DNA of 64,000 nucleotides from Rickettsiales bacterium (GTDB lineage Bacteria; Pseudomonadota; Alphaproteobacteria; Rickettsiales; JAJNBL01): NCBI GenBank assembly GCA_021156175.1, contig JAJNBL010000010.1, positions 19,242 to 83,241 of the forward strand, read 5' to 3'. Shown piece by piece: positions 27,156 to 36,455 of this stretch (position 1 is its first letter; each line of letters starts with the position of its first letter). The notes under the pieces were generated by a model. It saw only the letters and a program-made list of their open reading frames with translations, ran no database searches and was not told where the DNA came from. The position numbers and the translations under genes were made by a program.

Positions 27156-28769
27156 ATGACATCGCTCCTCGAATTTAAGGATTTATCCGTCAACTTCCGC
27201 AGCCGGGAGGGGAATGATATCGAGGCAGTCAAGCATGTGAGCTTTTCGTTAGAAAAAGGCAAAGTTACGGCACTTGTGGGAGAAAGCGGTTCCGGGAAAT
27301 CCGTAACAGCGCTTGCCGCCATGCGTCTTTTGCCAAGCTTACGAGCCTATCATCCCTCGGGCGTTATAAATTTTAAAGGTGAAAACCTATTGCTACTGCC
27401 TGAATCCAAGATGCGCGAAATTCGTGGCCGCGGGATCGGGATGATTTTCCAGGAACCAATGACGGCGTTAAATCCCCTCCATACAATAGGAAAGCAGATC
27501 GCCGAGCCACTCCTCATCCACGGAATACAGGATAAAAAACACGTGCTCGCGCGGGTGTATGAGCTGCTGGAATTGGTGGGCTTGAACGATTTTAAAGATC
27601 GCCTTAGTGCCTATCCGCATGAGCTCTCCGGCGGGCAACGCCAGCGGGTGACAATCGCGATGGCGCTTGCGAATAATCCGGAAGTGCTGATTGCCGATGA
27701 GCCAACAACGGCACTGGATGTGACTATCCAGCGGCAAATACTGGAATTACTGCTGGAGCTTAAAAATAAACTCGGCATGGCCGTGTTACTCATTACGCAT
27801 GATCTCCATGTGGTGCGCTCGATGGCGGACCATGTCTGCGTGATGTGCAAAGGTGAACTGGTGGAGCAAGGCGATACCGAAAGCGTATTCCGCAATCCTC
27901 AACATTCGTACACTCAGCATTTGCTGGCATCAGAGCCGAAAGGATTCGCTGTGAAGGCGGATGTTAAGGCAGAGCCAATACTGGAAACTTCCGCTCTGAC
28001 TGTTCGTTTCCCAATTAAAAAAGGCGTATGGAAATCGGTGGTGGGTTATGTGGATGCGCTTGCTAATGTGGATTTCACTTTAAAAGCCGGGCATACGCTG
28101 GGCGTTGTGGGCGAAAGCGGATCGGGGAAAACCACGCTCGCCAATGCAATTTTACGCGTCGTAAAAAGCGAAGGAATTATCCGGTTTGATGGCAATCCGA
28201 TTGAGCATGTAAAAGGCGAACCACTTCGTCTGCTTCGCCGCGATATGCAAATGGTGTTCCAGGACCCGTTCTCGAGTTTAAATCCTCGGATGACTGTGCG
28301 TCAAATCATCGAAGAAGGCCTAAAAGCCCATGGGGTGGGCGAAACACCTGCGATCCGTGAAGAGATGATCGCCCAGGTACTCACGCGCGTAGGGCTTGAT
28401 CCGGCGATGCACAGTCGTTACCCTCATGAATTTAGCGGCGGCCAGCGGCAACGTATTGCCATTGCGCGTGCGCTGATCTTAAAGCCGCGCTTTATGGTGT
28501 TAGATGAACCAACTTCGGCACTGGATATGTCTGTCCAGGCGCAGATTGTCGATTTGTTGCGACAACTTCAAGAGGAAGAAAAGCTTTCGTATCTTTTCAT
28601 CAGCCATGATCTTCGTGTGATCCGCGCAATCAGCCACGATATTTTAGTGTTAAAAAATGGAAAAATGGTTGAATACGGCGCAACGGAGGCTATACTCACG
28701 AACCCCAAAGATCCTTATACGCAATGCCTAATTGCAGCGGCGTTTGGTGACAAAAAATTGGTGGCATAA
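27156..28769 (+). CDS. yejF: ABC transporter ATP-binding protein with two fused ATPase domains (oligopeptide/microcin C YejF-like)
   Basis: Two Walker A motifs (GESGSGKS twice), two LSGGQRQR signatures and two Walker B motifs. No permease or binding-protein genes are adjacent. Confidence 0.85.
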   Translation: MTSLLEFKDLSVNFRSREGNDIEAVKHVSFSLEKGKVTALVGESGSGKSVTALAAMRLLPSLRAYHPSGVINFKGENLLLLPESKMREIRGRGIGMIFQEPMTALNPLHTIGKQIAEPLLIHGIQDKKHVLARVYELLELVGLNDFKDRLSAYPHELSGGQRQRVTIAMALANNPEVLIADEPTTALDVTIQRQILELLLELKNKLGMAVLLITHDLHVVRSMADHVCVMCKGELVEQGDTESVFRNPQHSYTQHLLASEPKGFAVKADVKAEPILETSALTVRFPIKKGVWKSVVGYVDALANVDFTLKAGHTLGVVGESGSGKTTLANAILRVVKSEGIIRFDGNPIEHVKGEPLRLLRRDMQMVFQDPFSSLNPRMTVRQIIEEGLKAHGVGETPAIREEMIAQVLTRVGLDPAMHSRYPHEFSGGQRQRIAIARALILKPRFMVLDEPTSALDMSVQAQIVDLLRQLQEEEKLSYLFISHDLRVIRAISHDILVLKNGKMVEYGATEAILTNPKDPYTQCLIAAAFGDKKLVA

Positions 28770-28777
28770 GGATCCTC

Positions 28778-28915
28778 ATGCAAGGCGACTATACTTCCTA
28801 TATCATTGCAGCCTACGGCATTACCGGCATTATGCTAATAGGTATGTTGGGCATCACCAGCATCCGTGCCTGGAAACAAAAGCAGGTCTTAAGCAAAGGG
28901 AATAAGAAGATATGA
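28778..28915 (+). CDS. ccmD: Heme exporter protein CcmD (45 aa; below the ORF-track size cutoff)
   Basis: My own translation: MQGDYTSYIIAAYGITGIMLIGMLGITSIRAWKQKQVLSKGNKKI. It has a single TM segment and a basic tail. Its stop overlaps the ccmE start (ATGA). Confidence 0.65.
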   Translation: MQGDYTSYIIAAYGITGIMLIGMLGITSIRAWKQKQVLSKGNKKI

Positions 28916-29364
28916 AAGCGAAACATCAACGATTACTGTTTGTAATGATCGGCTTGGCATGTCTTGCGGTGGCGGCAATGCTTATTTTATATAACTTACG
29001 CGAACATCTGGTGTTTTTCTATAGCCCTTCGGATTTACTGGAAACGCCTCCGCCTTCGGATAAACGGATCCGCGTCGGTGGATTGGTATCAGAAGGAAGC
29101 CTGATACCATCGCCAGAAGGTGGGGAAAAAATTCAATTTGTGCTGACCGATATGAAAAACTCCGTAACGGTGCGGTATGATGGCATGTTGCCAGGCCTTT
29201 TCCGTGAAGGGCAAGGCATGGTCGCCGGTGGATATTTTCAAGCTGATGGGACATTTAAAGCAGAAGAATTGCTTGCCAAACATGATGAGAATTACATGCC
29301 TCGCGATGTCGCCGATGCGATTAAAGAGTCAGGCCATTGGCGGCCGGAAGTGAAAGAAGAATGA
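28912..29364 (+). CDS. ccmE: Cytochrome c-type biogenesis heme chaperone CcmE
   Basis: N-terminal anchor, OB fold and the heme-binding LAKHDENYMP motif. Confidence 0.93.
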   Translation: MKAKHQRLLFVMIGLACLAVAAMLILYNLREHLVFFYSPSDLLETPPPSDKRIRVGGLVSEGSLIPSPEGGEKIQFVLTDMKNSVTVRYDGMLPGLFREGQGMVAGGYFQADGTFKAEELLAKHDENYMPRDVADAIKESGHWRPEVKEE

Positions 29365-29400
29365 TGCGTTTACATCATTCATAACGACTAGGAAACTCTC

Positions 29401-31359
29401 ATGTTTGCGTATCTTGGCGAAGTGTTGCTGAACGTCGCGTTGGTAGCAACGCTCCTGTCGCTCGTCCTACTGTTAGTGGCATGGAAAAAAAGCAGAACCT
29501 CCCGCTTCCTTCCCTATGCCGTTTATACGAATAGCCTCTGCGTTACCATTGCGTTTCTATCGCTTGTAATTTCCTATGTGATCTCCGATTTTTCCGTGCT
29601 AAATGTCGCACTCAATTCCCATACGGCAAAACCACTGCTTTATAAAATCAGCGGCGCGTGGGGGAACCACGAAGGCTCAATGCTGCTATGGCTGTGGGTG
29701 CTGGTGCTTTATAGTGGTGTGTATGCGCTCACACATCCGTTATCCGAACGGCTTCATGCCGTGACATTAGGCATACAGCAGATCATCACGCTGGGCTTCC
29801 TCATCTTTATCCTGTTGACCTCCGACCCGTTTATATTGGTATTCCCCGTCCCGACAGAAGGGCAGGGGTTGAATCCGGTGTTGCAAGATATTGGCTTGGC
29901 GCTCCATCCGCCGATGCTTTATCTGGGATATGTCGGCTTTAGCCTTCCGTTCTCTGCGGCGATTGCAGCGCTTTTGTGCAATAGAGCCGATGGCCTCTGG
30001 GCAGGCGGAATCAAGAAATGGGTGGTTACTCCGTGGATATGTTTAACGCTGGGCGTTGGTTTAGGCAGCTGGTGGGCATACCGCGAACTTGGATGGGGTG
30101 GTTTCTGGTTTTGGGATCCGGTAGAGAATGCTTCGCTCATGCCGTGGCTTGCAGGAACGGCACTGCTGCATGCATTACTCGTGATGGAAAAGCGCGAAAT
30201 CCTGCGTGGCTGGACAATGCTTCTTGCGATACTTACCTTCTCCTTAAGTCTGATTGGAACATTCCTCGTGCGCTCGGGCGTGCTGACTTCTGTCCATGCT
30301 TTTGCGAATGACCCCGAACGTGGCGTGTTTATCCTGATCCTGCTTGGGATTATCGCAGGCGGAGGATTCTTGATTTTCGCACTCAAAGCTCCATCGCTTT
30401 CACCCAAGAATACGACTGCTACGGTTTCACGTGAAACACTGTTGCTGCTTGGGACAATCCTGCTTGTGATTGCGTGCGGTGTAGTATTTCTAGGGACGCT
30501 GTATCCTTTGTTCCTCGAAGTGCTCCAAGGTGCGCGTGTATCCGTCGGGCCTCCCTATTATGACCTCACCTTTACACCGATTATTGTGCCGATACTCTTC
30601 CTCGCATTTTTTACGCCGGCAATTTCCTGGAAGCAGGATAACCTTTCCTCGCTTCTTCGTCCGTCTATTCTTCCGTTGGTAGGCCTGTTGGCGGTGGCAG
30701 GAGGATTGTTATTCTGGGATGAGGGAAGAGCCCAGGCAATGCTTTATCCGATTGGATTTGTCGCCCTGATTTCCGGTGTATGGTTGATCGTGGGTATGTG
30801 CGTGTTATGGGGCAAGCGTATCAGAATCTTCCAAGTCCCATTCGCTGAAATGGTGGAGCGGGCAAAAGGCATCTCACTTACTTATTATGCGATGCTCATC
30901 GCGCATATAGGATTTGGCGTGCTCGTGATTGCAGCGGCATCGGCAAGTCTATGGCAGCAGGAGCAGCAAAAAATGATGGCCGAGGGCGATAGCATAAACG
31001 TGGCTGGCTATCGGTTAGAATTAGAGAAGGTGGAGTATTCCGCGGGAAAAAATTATTTTACACGTATCGGTAAGTTCCGCGTTTATGAAGGCGATAAAGA
31101 GCTTGGAATGTTGAATCCAGAATATCGCTTCTATCCGGTTGAAGGCCAGCAGACGAACGAAGCCGATATCTATGTGAGCGGCCCGGGGCTTTCCGATCTT
31201 TATACGGTGATCGGAGAAAGCCGCGAAGGGCAGAACGGCTATGCGGTGCGCGTCTATTATAAACCTGCTGTAGCGTGGATATGGATTGGGTGTATACTCA
31301 TGGGAGCGGGCGGAGCCATCTCCCTCTTTAAACGAAAAAAGAAACCGTTGCCTGTGTAA
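29401..31359 (+). CDS. ccmF: Cytochrome c heme lyase subunit CcmF
   Basis: 652 aa polytopic protein with a WGGFWFWDPVENASLMPW tryptophan-rich motif. Confidence 0.95.
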   Translation: MFAYLGEVLLNVALVATLLSLVLLLVAWKKSRTSRFLPYAVYTNSLCVTIAFLSLVISYVISDFSVLNVALNSHTAKPLLYKISGAWGNHEGSMLLWLWVLVLYSGVYALTHPLSERLHAVTLGIQQIITLGFLIFILLTSDPFILVFPVPTEGQGLNPVLQDIGLALHPPMLYLGYVGFSLPFSAAIAALLCNRADGLWAGGIKKWVVTPWICLTLGVGLGSWWAYRELGWGGFWFWDPVENASLMPWLAGTALLHALLVMEKREILRGWTMLLAILTFSLSLIGTFLVRSGVLTSVHAFANDPERGVFILILLGIIAGGGFLIFALKAPSLSPKNTTATVSRETLLLLGTILLVIACGVVFLGTLYPLFLEVLQGARVSVGPPYYDLTFTPIIVPILFLAFFTPAISWKQDNLSSLLRPSILPLVGLLAVAGGLLFWDEGRAQAMLYPIGFVALISGVWLIVGMCVLWGKRIRIFQVPFAEMVERAKGISLTYYAMLIAHIGFGVLVIAAASASLWQQEQQKMMAEGDSINVAGYRLELEKVEYSAGKNYFTRIGKFRVYEGDKELGMLNPEYRFYPVEGQQTNEADIYVSGPGLSDLYTVIGESREGQNGYAVRVYYKPAVAWIWIGCILMGAGGAISLFKRKKKPLPV

Positions 31360-31374
31360 CGAAAAGGTATTCTG

Positions 31375-31944
31375 ATGAAACGCGTTATTATCCTCACTCC
31401 TCTGGTATTGTTCCTGGTGCTGGCATTATTGTTTTACCGCGCGCTTGGTGTGGTGCCATCTCCCATCAGCAAGACACGACACTTGCCCACTTTCGAGCTG
31501 ACATCGCCTTATGAAGGAACGTCGGCACTGCGTTCCGAAGATATCAAAGGGAAATATAGCCTTATTAATATTTTTGCCTCGTGGTGTGCGATGTGCCAAG
31601 TGGAGCACCCATTGCTGGTGGACTTAAAAGAACAAGGCGTTCCGATTTACGGTATCGCATGGAAAGATGAAGCAAAAGATACACTCGAGATGCTTGAGAA
31701 GCTCGGGAATCCTTATACCTCGGTGGGGACAGATCTCGATGGGACAGTAGCGCTTGCGCTTGGGATTACCGGTGCACCGGAAACTTTTGTGATTGATCCG
31801 GATGGGAAGATTATCTATCGCTTTGCAGGTGTGCTGACCGAAGAAATGGTGAAAGAAGAAATCCTGCCGCGATTAAAGATCGAGAAGAAAGAAGAGGATA
31901 AAGTGAACAGGGAGCCGGAGCATGAAACGGAGGAAAAGCCTTAA
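31375..31944 (+). CDS. ccmG: Thiol:disulfide oxidoreductase CcmG/DsbE
   Basis: Membrane anchor and a thioredoxin fold with active site WCAMC and GVTGAPETFVID-like GITGAPETFVID. Confidence 0.85.
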   Translation: MKRVIILTPLVLFLVLALLFYRALGVVPSPISKTRHLPTFELTSPYEGTSALRSEDIKGKYSLINIFASWCAMCQVEHPLLVDLKEQGVPIYGIAWKDEAKDTLEMLEKLGNPYTSVGTDLDGTVALALGITGAPETFVIDPDGKIIYRFAGVLTEEMVKEEILPRLKIEKKEEDKVNREPEHETEEKP

Positions 31945-33254
31945 TCCGCACTCGGACGTCCGACCGAAACATAACGCAAGCCAGCGCGTACCATCTCGTC
32001 AGGATTAAATAGATTCCGGAAGTCGACAATGCACGGTGTGCGAAGAGAATTCTTCACGCGCTCTAAATTAAGCTCCTTAAATTCCTTCCATTCAGTCAGA
32101 ATCACCAGGAAGTCTGCGCCTTGCAGGGTTTCGTAAGGGTCGCATCCCCAGGCGATATCGCCTTTTAGCAACTTCTTCGCTTCTTCCATCGCTTGCGGAT
32201 CATACGCACGGATGCTCGCGCCCGCTTCGAGTAGCGCAGGGAGCAGCACGAGGCTCGCACTTTCACGCATATCATCAGTGTTCGCTTTAAACGCAGTCCC
32301 AAGTATCGCAATTGTTTGTCCGCGTACGGATCCACCGGCTGCTGCAATAACTTTTTCTGCTAATTGGGTTTTGCGTGCATCATTCGACGCAATCACGGAT
32401 TCAACCACATGACTCGTTGTTCCGGCCCCGCGAGCGATATGGGCAAGGGCGAGCGTATCTTTCGGGAAGCATGAGCCGCCAAAACCAGGGCCCGGCTGGA
32501 GGTATAACCCTCCGATGCGAGGATCCATCCCCATGCCGCGAGCAACATCATCCACATTCGCGCCCAGTTTTTCGCACACATCCGCCATTTCATTGATAAA
32601 AGCAATTTTGGTCGCCAAAAACGCATTGGATGCGTATTTGATAAGCTCGGACGTTTCAATATCGGTAAAATGAATTGGCACGTTGCGATCGATCAAATTC
32701 CAGTAAAGCGTTCGCACCACTTCGCGTGCATTGCCCGTGGTCGTGCCAACGATAATGCGGTCTGGTTCCATAAAATCGCGGACAGCAGAGCCTTCACGCA
32801 AAAATTCAGGATTCGATACGACATCGCAAGGATGCGGGCAGAGTTCGGCAAGTTTGGCGGCAATGCGTTTTCCCGTGCCCACGGGAACGGTGGATTTGGT
32901 GACAATTACGCAAGGTTTAGTGACGCTGCGCGCGATTTCTTCTACCGCACCAAAGAGGAAAGAAAGATCCGCACTTCCATCGGCTTCGTTCGTGGGAGTT
33001 CCCACGGCCAAGAAAATCACATCCGCATTCGCGGTTTCTTCCGCCAGATTATCGCTGAATGCGAGTTTCCCACGTTCATGATTCCGGATCACAAGCTCTT
33101 CTAAGCCCGGTTCAAAAATCGGAATGATACCTTTTTTGAGCTTCGCGATTTTGCTGCTATCTTTATCGACGCAGGTCACATGGCAGCCAAGCTCGGCCAG
33201 GCATGTGCCTGTCACAAGTCCTACATACCCTGTACCGATCATGACAATATGCAT
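31941..33254 (-). CDS. ugd: UDP-glucose 6-dehydrogenase
   Basis: MHIVMIGTGYVGLVTG Rossmann N-terminus and the GGSCFPKD catalytic Cys motif. Confidence 0.93.
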   Translation of the reverse strand: MHIVMIGTGYVGLVTGTCLAELGCHVTCVDKDSSKIAKLKKGIIPIFEPGLEELVIRNHERGKLAFSDNLAEETANADVIFLAVGTPTNEADGSADLSFLFGAVEEIARSVTKPCVIVTKSTVPVGTGKRIAAKLAELCPHPCDVVSNPEFLREGSAVRDFMEPDRIIVGTTTGNAREVVRTLYWNLIDRNVPIHFTDIETSELIKYASNAFLATKIAFINEMADVCEKLGANVDDVARGMGMDPRIGGLYLQPGPGFGGSCFPKDTLALAHIARGAGTTSHVVESVIASNDARKTQLAEKVIAAAGGSVRGQTIAILGTAFKANTDDMRESASLVLLPALLEAGASIRAYDPQAMEEAKKLLKGDIAWGCDPYETLQGADFLVILTEWKEFKELNLERVKNSLRTPCIVDFRNLFNPDEMVRAGLRYVSVGRPSAD

Positions 33255-33260
33255 GGAAGC

Positions 33261-34172
33261 TTACCCATTTGCACGCTGTTTGGAATCGGCGTTTTCGTTC
33301 GTATAGTGCCGTAAAATATCCAGCACCGACTCACGATCAGAAGCTTCTTTGAGTGCGAACGCAATATTTGCATCCAGGAAACCAAGCTGGTTTCCGCAGT
33401 CAAAACGTTTTCCCTCAAATACATAGCCATAGAACGGTGAGGATTTCAGCATCGCCGCCATTGCATCAGTGAGCTGGATTTCGCCACCGCTGCCGGTTTT
33501 ATGTTCTTCGAGATAATCAAAAATTTCCGGCTGTAAAATGTATCGTCCGCTGATCGCAAGGGTCGAAGGTGCTGCCGAAGGCTTAGGCTTCTCCACCATG
33601 CTGCTGATATTAATAAGACCATTCTCCAACGTCTTTCCTTCGATAATCCCATAACGTTCGGTATGCTCGCGCGGTACATCCGAAATCGCGATAATATTAC
33701 CTCCGCCTGCTTTCGCATAAGCATCCACCATTTGTTTAGTGAGGCTCCCGCCCGGCGAGAGGAACATATCATCCGCCAAAAGCACGGCAAATGGCTCGTT
33801 GCTGATCAAGTGGCGAGCGCACCATACGGCATGACCCAATCCTAAAGGCTTCTGCTGGCGGACAAAGGCAGTTTGTCCAGCTGCTGGCATCCAATCGCGG
33901 GACATCGCAAGCAGATCGCCTTTTCCTTTATCCAGCAGGATGCTCTCTAACTCATAGGAATGGTCAAAATGATTACTAATCGCATTTTTATTGCGGCCGG
34001 TGATAAAGATGAATTGTTCAATCCCGGCTTCTACTGCTTCTTCAAAGGCATATTGAATCAGAGGCTTACTGGCAACAGGAAGCATTTCCTTAGGCATGGA
34101 TTTGGTGGCTGGCAAAAATCGGGTGCCAAGGCCTCCCACAGGGAATACGGCGGTTTTGATCGGTTTGTTCAT
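33261..34172 (-). CDS. galU: UTP-glucose-1-phosphate uridylyltransferase
   Basis: AVFPVGGLGTRFLPATKSMPKEMLPV and ...VEKP motifs. Confidence 0.93.
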   Translation of the reverse strand: MNKPIKTAVFPVGGLGTRFLPATKSMPKEMLPVASKPLIQYAFEEAVEAGIEQFIFITGRNKNAISNHFDHSYELESILLDKGKGDLLAMSRDWMPAAGQTAFVRQQKPLGLGHAVWCARHLISNEPFAVLLADDMFLSPGGSLTKQMVDAYAKAGGGNIIAISDVPREHTERYGIIEGKTLENGLINISSMVEKPKPSAAPSTLAISGRYILQPEIFDYLEEHKTGSGGEIQLTDAMAAMLKSSPFYGYVFEGKRFDCGNQLGFLDANIAFALKEASDRESVLDILRHYTNENADSKQRANG

Positions 34173-34259
34173 AGGGCATCCTGATTAAAAACGCCACTAT
34201 TGTTACGCATTCCCCCTGTAGATGCAAGGAAAAAGCCAAGTTTAAATGAGGAGGATACA

Positions 34260-36455
34260 ATGAAAGAGTTCGTACAAGCACTATTAGAAAATGATGAAAA
34301 GAAGATGGAAAGCATACTTCGTAATAGTCCTGAGGAAACGCTTATTGAGATTAGAAAGGTTGCTTTGCGGAAGCTTATAAGTAACGGCCATCTCGGGGTA
34401 ATCAAGCTTTTAGTAAGCAAACTAAAACCCAAACAGGATGATTATGGTTTAGGATTGGATGTAGTTTGGTCGGATGTAACGTTGCGGGAACGCAAAAGCT
34501 ATATCAATTGCGCAGCTGAACACGGTCAGCGAGAAGTTTTAGAGTTCCTTTTAAAGCCTATCCCGAAAAGTGTGAAAAGGGATCTTTTAAAAGATCCTTT
34601 ATACCTTGCTGCGGAAAATGGGCATGTAGAAGTAGTGCGTTATATTCACAATCAGCAAAATGGCAAATTATTAGAGCAGACGGAAGAAGCTTTTGTGTTG
34701 GCAGTAAAGAACGGGCATTTACCGGTAGTGCAGTTTTTGTTTCAGACTGTTCAAACCCCAGAAGAAAAAAAGACGTTTTTAATAGCCGGATTATCAGATG
34801 GATACCCTGTTCCTTACATGCTGCGTAACCATCACTACCATATTTTAGAGTATCTTATACAAAATACCGAAATTCCAAAACCATTCATTAGTCGAGTATT
34901 TAATTCCCTTCCTTTTCCAGAAGAAAGGCTAAAGCTTCTGCAGGCTGATAATTATAAGGTTTTTCACCATGCAGTAATACATGGTTGGTCAGACGTGGTG
35001 AATCTTGCCATCAACATTTTCTATTTTTCGGGAGTGAGGCTTCCGGCTCAGAAAATACATGATTACGTCTATTTGGCACTGGAAAATAAGCAGCAAAAAA
35101 TGGTTCTGTCGCTATTAAATGCCCTTCCGACTCAAGAGGAAAAACTTAAGCTGTTACAGGCTGATAATTATAGGTTTTTTGATCATATAGTAAGGTATGA
35201 TTGGTCAGATATGATGAATCTTGCCATCAACATTTTCGATTCTTCGGGAGTGAGGCTTCCGGCTCAGAAAATACATGATTACGTCTATTTTGCACTGGAA
35301 AATAAGCAGCAAAAAATGGTTCTGTCGCTATTAAATGCCCTTCCGACTCAAGAGGAAAAACTTAAGCTGTTACAGGCTGATAATTATAAGTTTTTTGATC
35401 ATTTTGATCATATAGTAAGGTATGATTGGTCAGATATGATGAATCTTGTCATCAACAGCTTTCGTTCTTCAGGAGTAAGACTTCCGGCGCAGAAAATATA
35501 TGATTATCTCTATGGGGCATTGGAAAATAAGCAGCAAAAAATGGTTCTGTCGCTATTAAATGCCTTTCTAGATGCCCTTCCGACTCAAGAAGAAAAACTG
35601 AAGCTATTACAAGAAAATGATTTTTCACTTCTGCATCGTATAATAGAAATTGTAATACGACATCAGTCTAATAGAGGATTTAGTGTTGCTTTAACTCCTA
35701 TTTCTTTAACTGCTGTTTTTAGAAAACTGCTAGAGCCTATTTCTAGTCTAGAAGCAATGTCCCAATTTTTTGCTTCATTTCCCTCTCAACAAACAAAAAT
35801 CGAGGCTTTGCAGGCAGTGCACTATGCCATTCTTCGTTATGCAGTGGAAAAAGGTTATTTGGACGTTTTCCAATTCCTCCTCGAGCAATTTCCTACTCCG
35901 GCAGAGAAGCTGGCGGCATTGCAAACAGTTTATGTAACATCCTTCGATGCAATAAAAGACGGGCACTTTGAAATAGTGCATTTTTTCCTTGGAATGTTGC
36001 CCACGGCACAAGATAAGGTAAGTGCATTAGCTAACGGCATTAATCTCTACGATAACCCCGGCTTCCATGGTTGGGATGATGATGCAATTTTATTTCTCAT
36101 TACCGAAGCCCTCGCAATAAATGAACAACTACCAGTAAACAATCAGCTCGATATATCACGCTTCTTAAGACAATTCCCTGCTGAAAGATTGAGTAGGATT
36201 TTTGGAACAGTGGACACATTAGAAATCATTGAGAATATGTCAGCCTCCAAAGATGAAATCTTAGGAGATATCGAAAGAAGGATAAAATTTTATCCCGATA
36301 CGCAGTTTGCCAAATCCTACGTGGGAAAAAAAGCAGAAGAAGTTGAAAAAGCAGCAGAAAAACGTGTGGCCATTGCACAAGTTTTCCGTGGATTCACAGA
36401 CCAAAAGGATTTTCCTCCTGATCTCGCTGCACGTTTTGCGATCTTTTTGGACTAA
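34260..36455 (+). CDS. ANK-derived helical-repeat protein P1 with the family-specific C-terminal module (0-frame ORF)
   Basis: Start at ATG 34260 behind the RBS gaggagga. ANK-like units include YLAAENGHVEVVRYIHNQ and AVKNGHLPVVQFLFQ. There are three ~72-aa tandem units. The C-terminal module is shared with 36657-37808 and 48969-50204. Confidence 0.8.
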   Translation: MKEFVQALLENDEKKMESILRNSPEETLIEIRKVALRKLISNGHLGVIKLLVSKLKPKQDDYGLGLDVVWSDVTLRERKSYINCAAEHGQREVLEFLLKPIPKSVKRDLLKDPLYLAAENGHVEVVRYIHNQQNGKLLEQTEEAFVLAVKNGHLPVVQFLFQTVQTPEEKKTFLIAGLSDGYPVPYMLRNHHYHILEYLIQNTEIPKPFISRVFNSLPFPEERLKLLQADNYKVFHHAVIHGWSDVVNLAINIFYFSGVRLPAQKIHDYVYLALENKQQKMVLSLLNALPTQEEKLKLLQADNYRFFDHIVRYDWSDMMNLAINIFDSSGVRLPAQKIHDYVYFALENKQQKMVLSLLNALPTQEEKLKLLQADNYKFFDHFDHIVRYDWSDMMNLVINSFRSSGVRLPAQKIYDYLYGALENKQQKMVLSLLNAFLDALPTQEEKLKLLQENDFSLLHRIIEIVIRHQSNRGFSVALTPISLTAVFRKLLEPISSLEAMSQFFASFPSQQTKIEALQAVHYAILRYAVEKGYLDVFQFLLEQFPTPAEKLAALQTVYVTSFDAIKDGHFEIVHFFLGMLPTAQDKVSALANGINLYDNPGFHGWDDDAILFLITEALAINEQLPVNNQLDISRFLRQFPAERLSRIFGTVDTLEIIENMSASKDEILGDIERRIKFYPDTQFAKSYVGKKAEEVEKAAEKRVAIAQVFRGFTDQKDFPPDLAARFAIFLD
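34905..35620 (+). repeat. Intragenic tandem repeat, 216-bp period, about 3.2 copies
   Basis: Unit boundaries (gcccttccgactcaaga...) at 35121, 35337 and 35574. The first unit starts at 34905 and is more diverged. Units 2 and 3 are near-identical, apart from small 9-nt and 12-nt insertions in unit 3. Confidence 0.85.

Noticed and set aside
27156-28769. The double-ATPase gene as the missing ccmA
   Set aside because: CcmA is a single-domain ATPase. This protein has two full ATPase domains and the oligopeptide/YejF-type sequence pattern. Its adjacency to ccmD is probably coincidental.
34905-35620. A regularly spaced DNA repeat that could superficially suggest a CRISPR-like array
   Set aside because: The period is 216 bp with no unique spacers. 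The units are contiguous, in frame and encode the protein repeat of P1. No cas genes are present.
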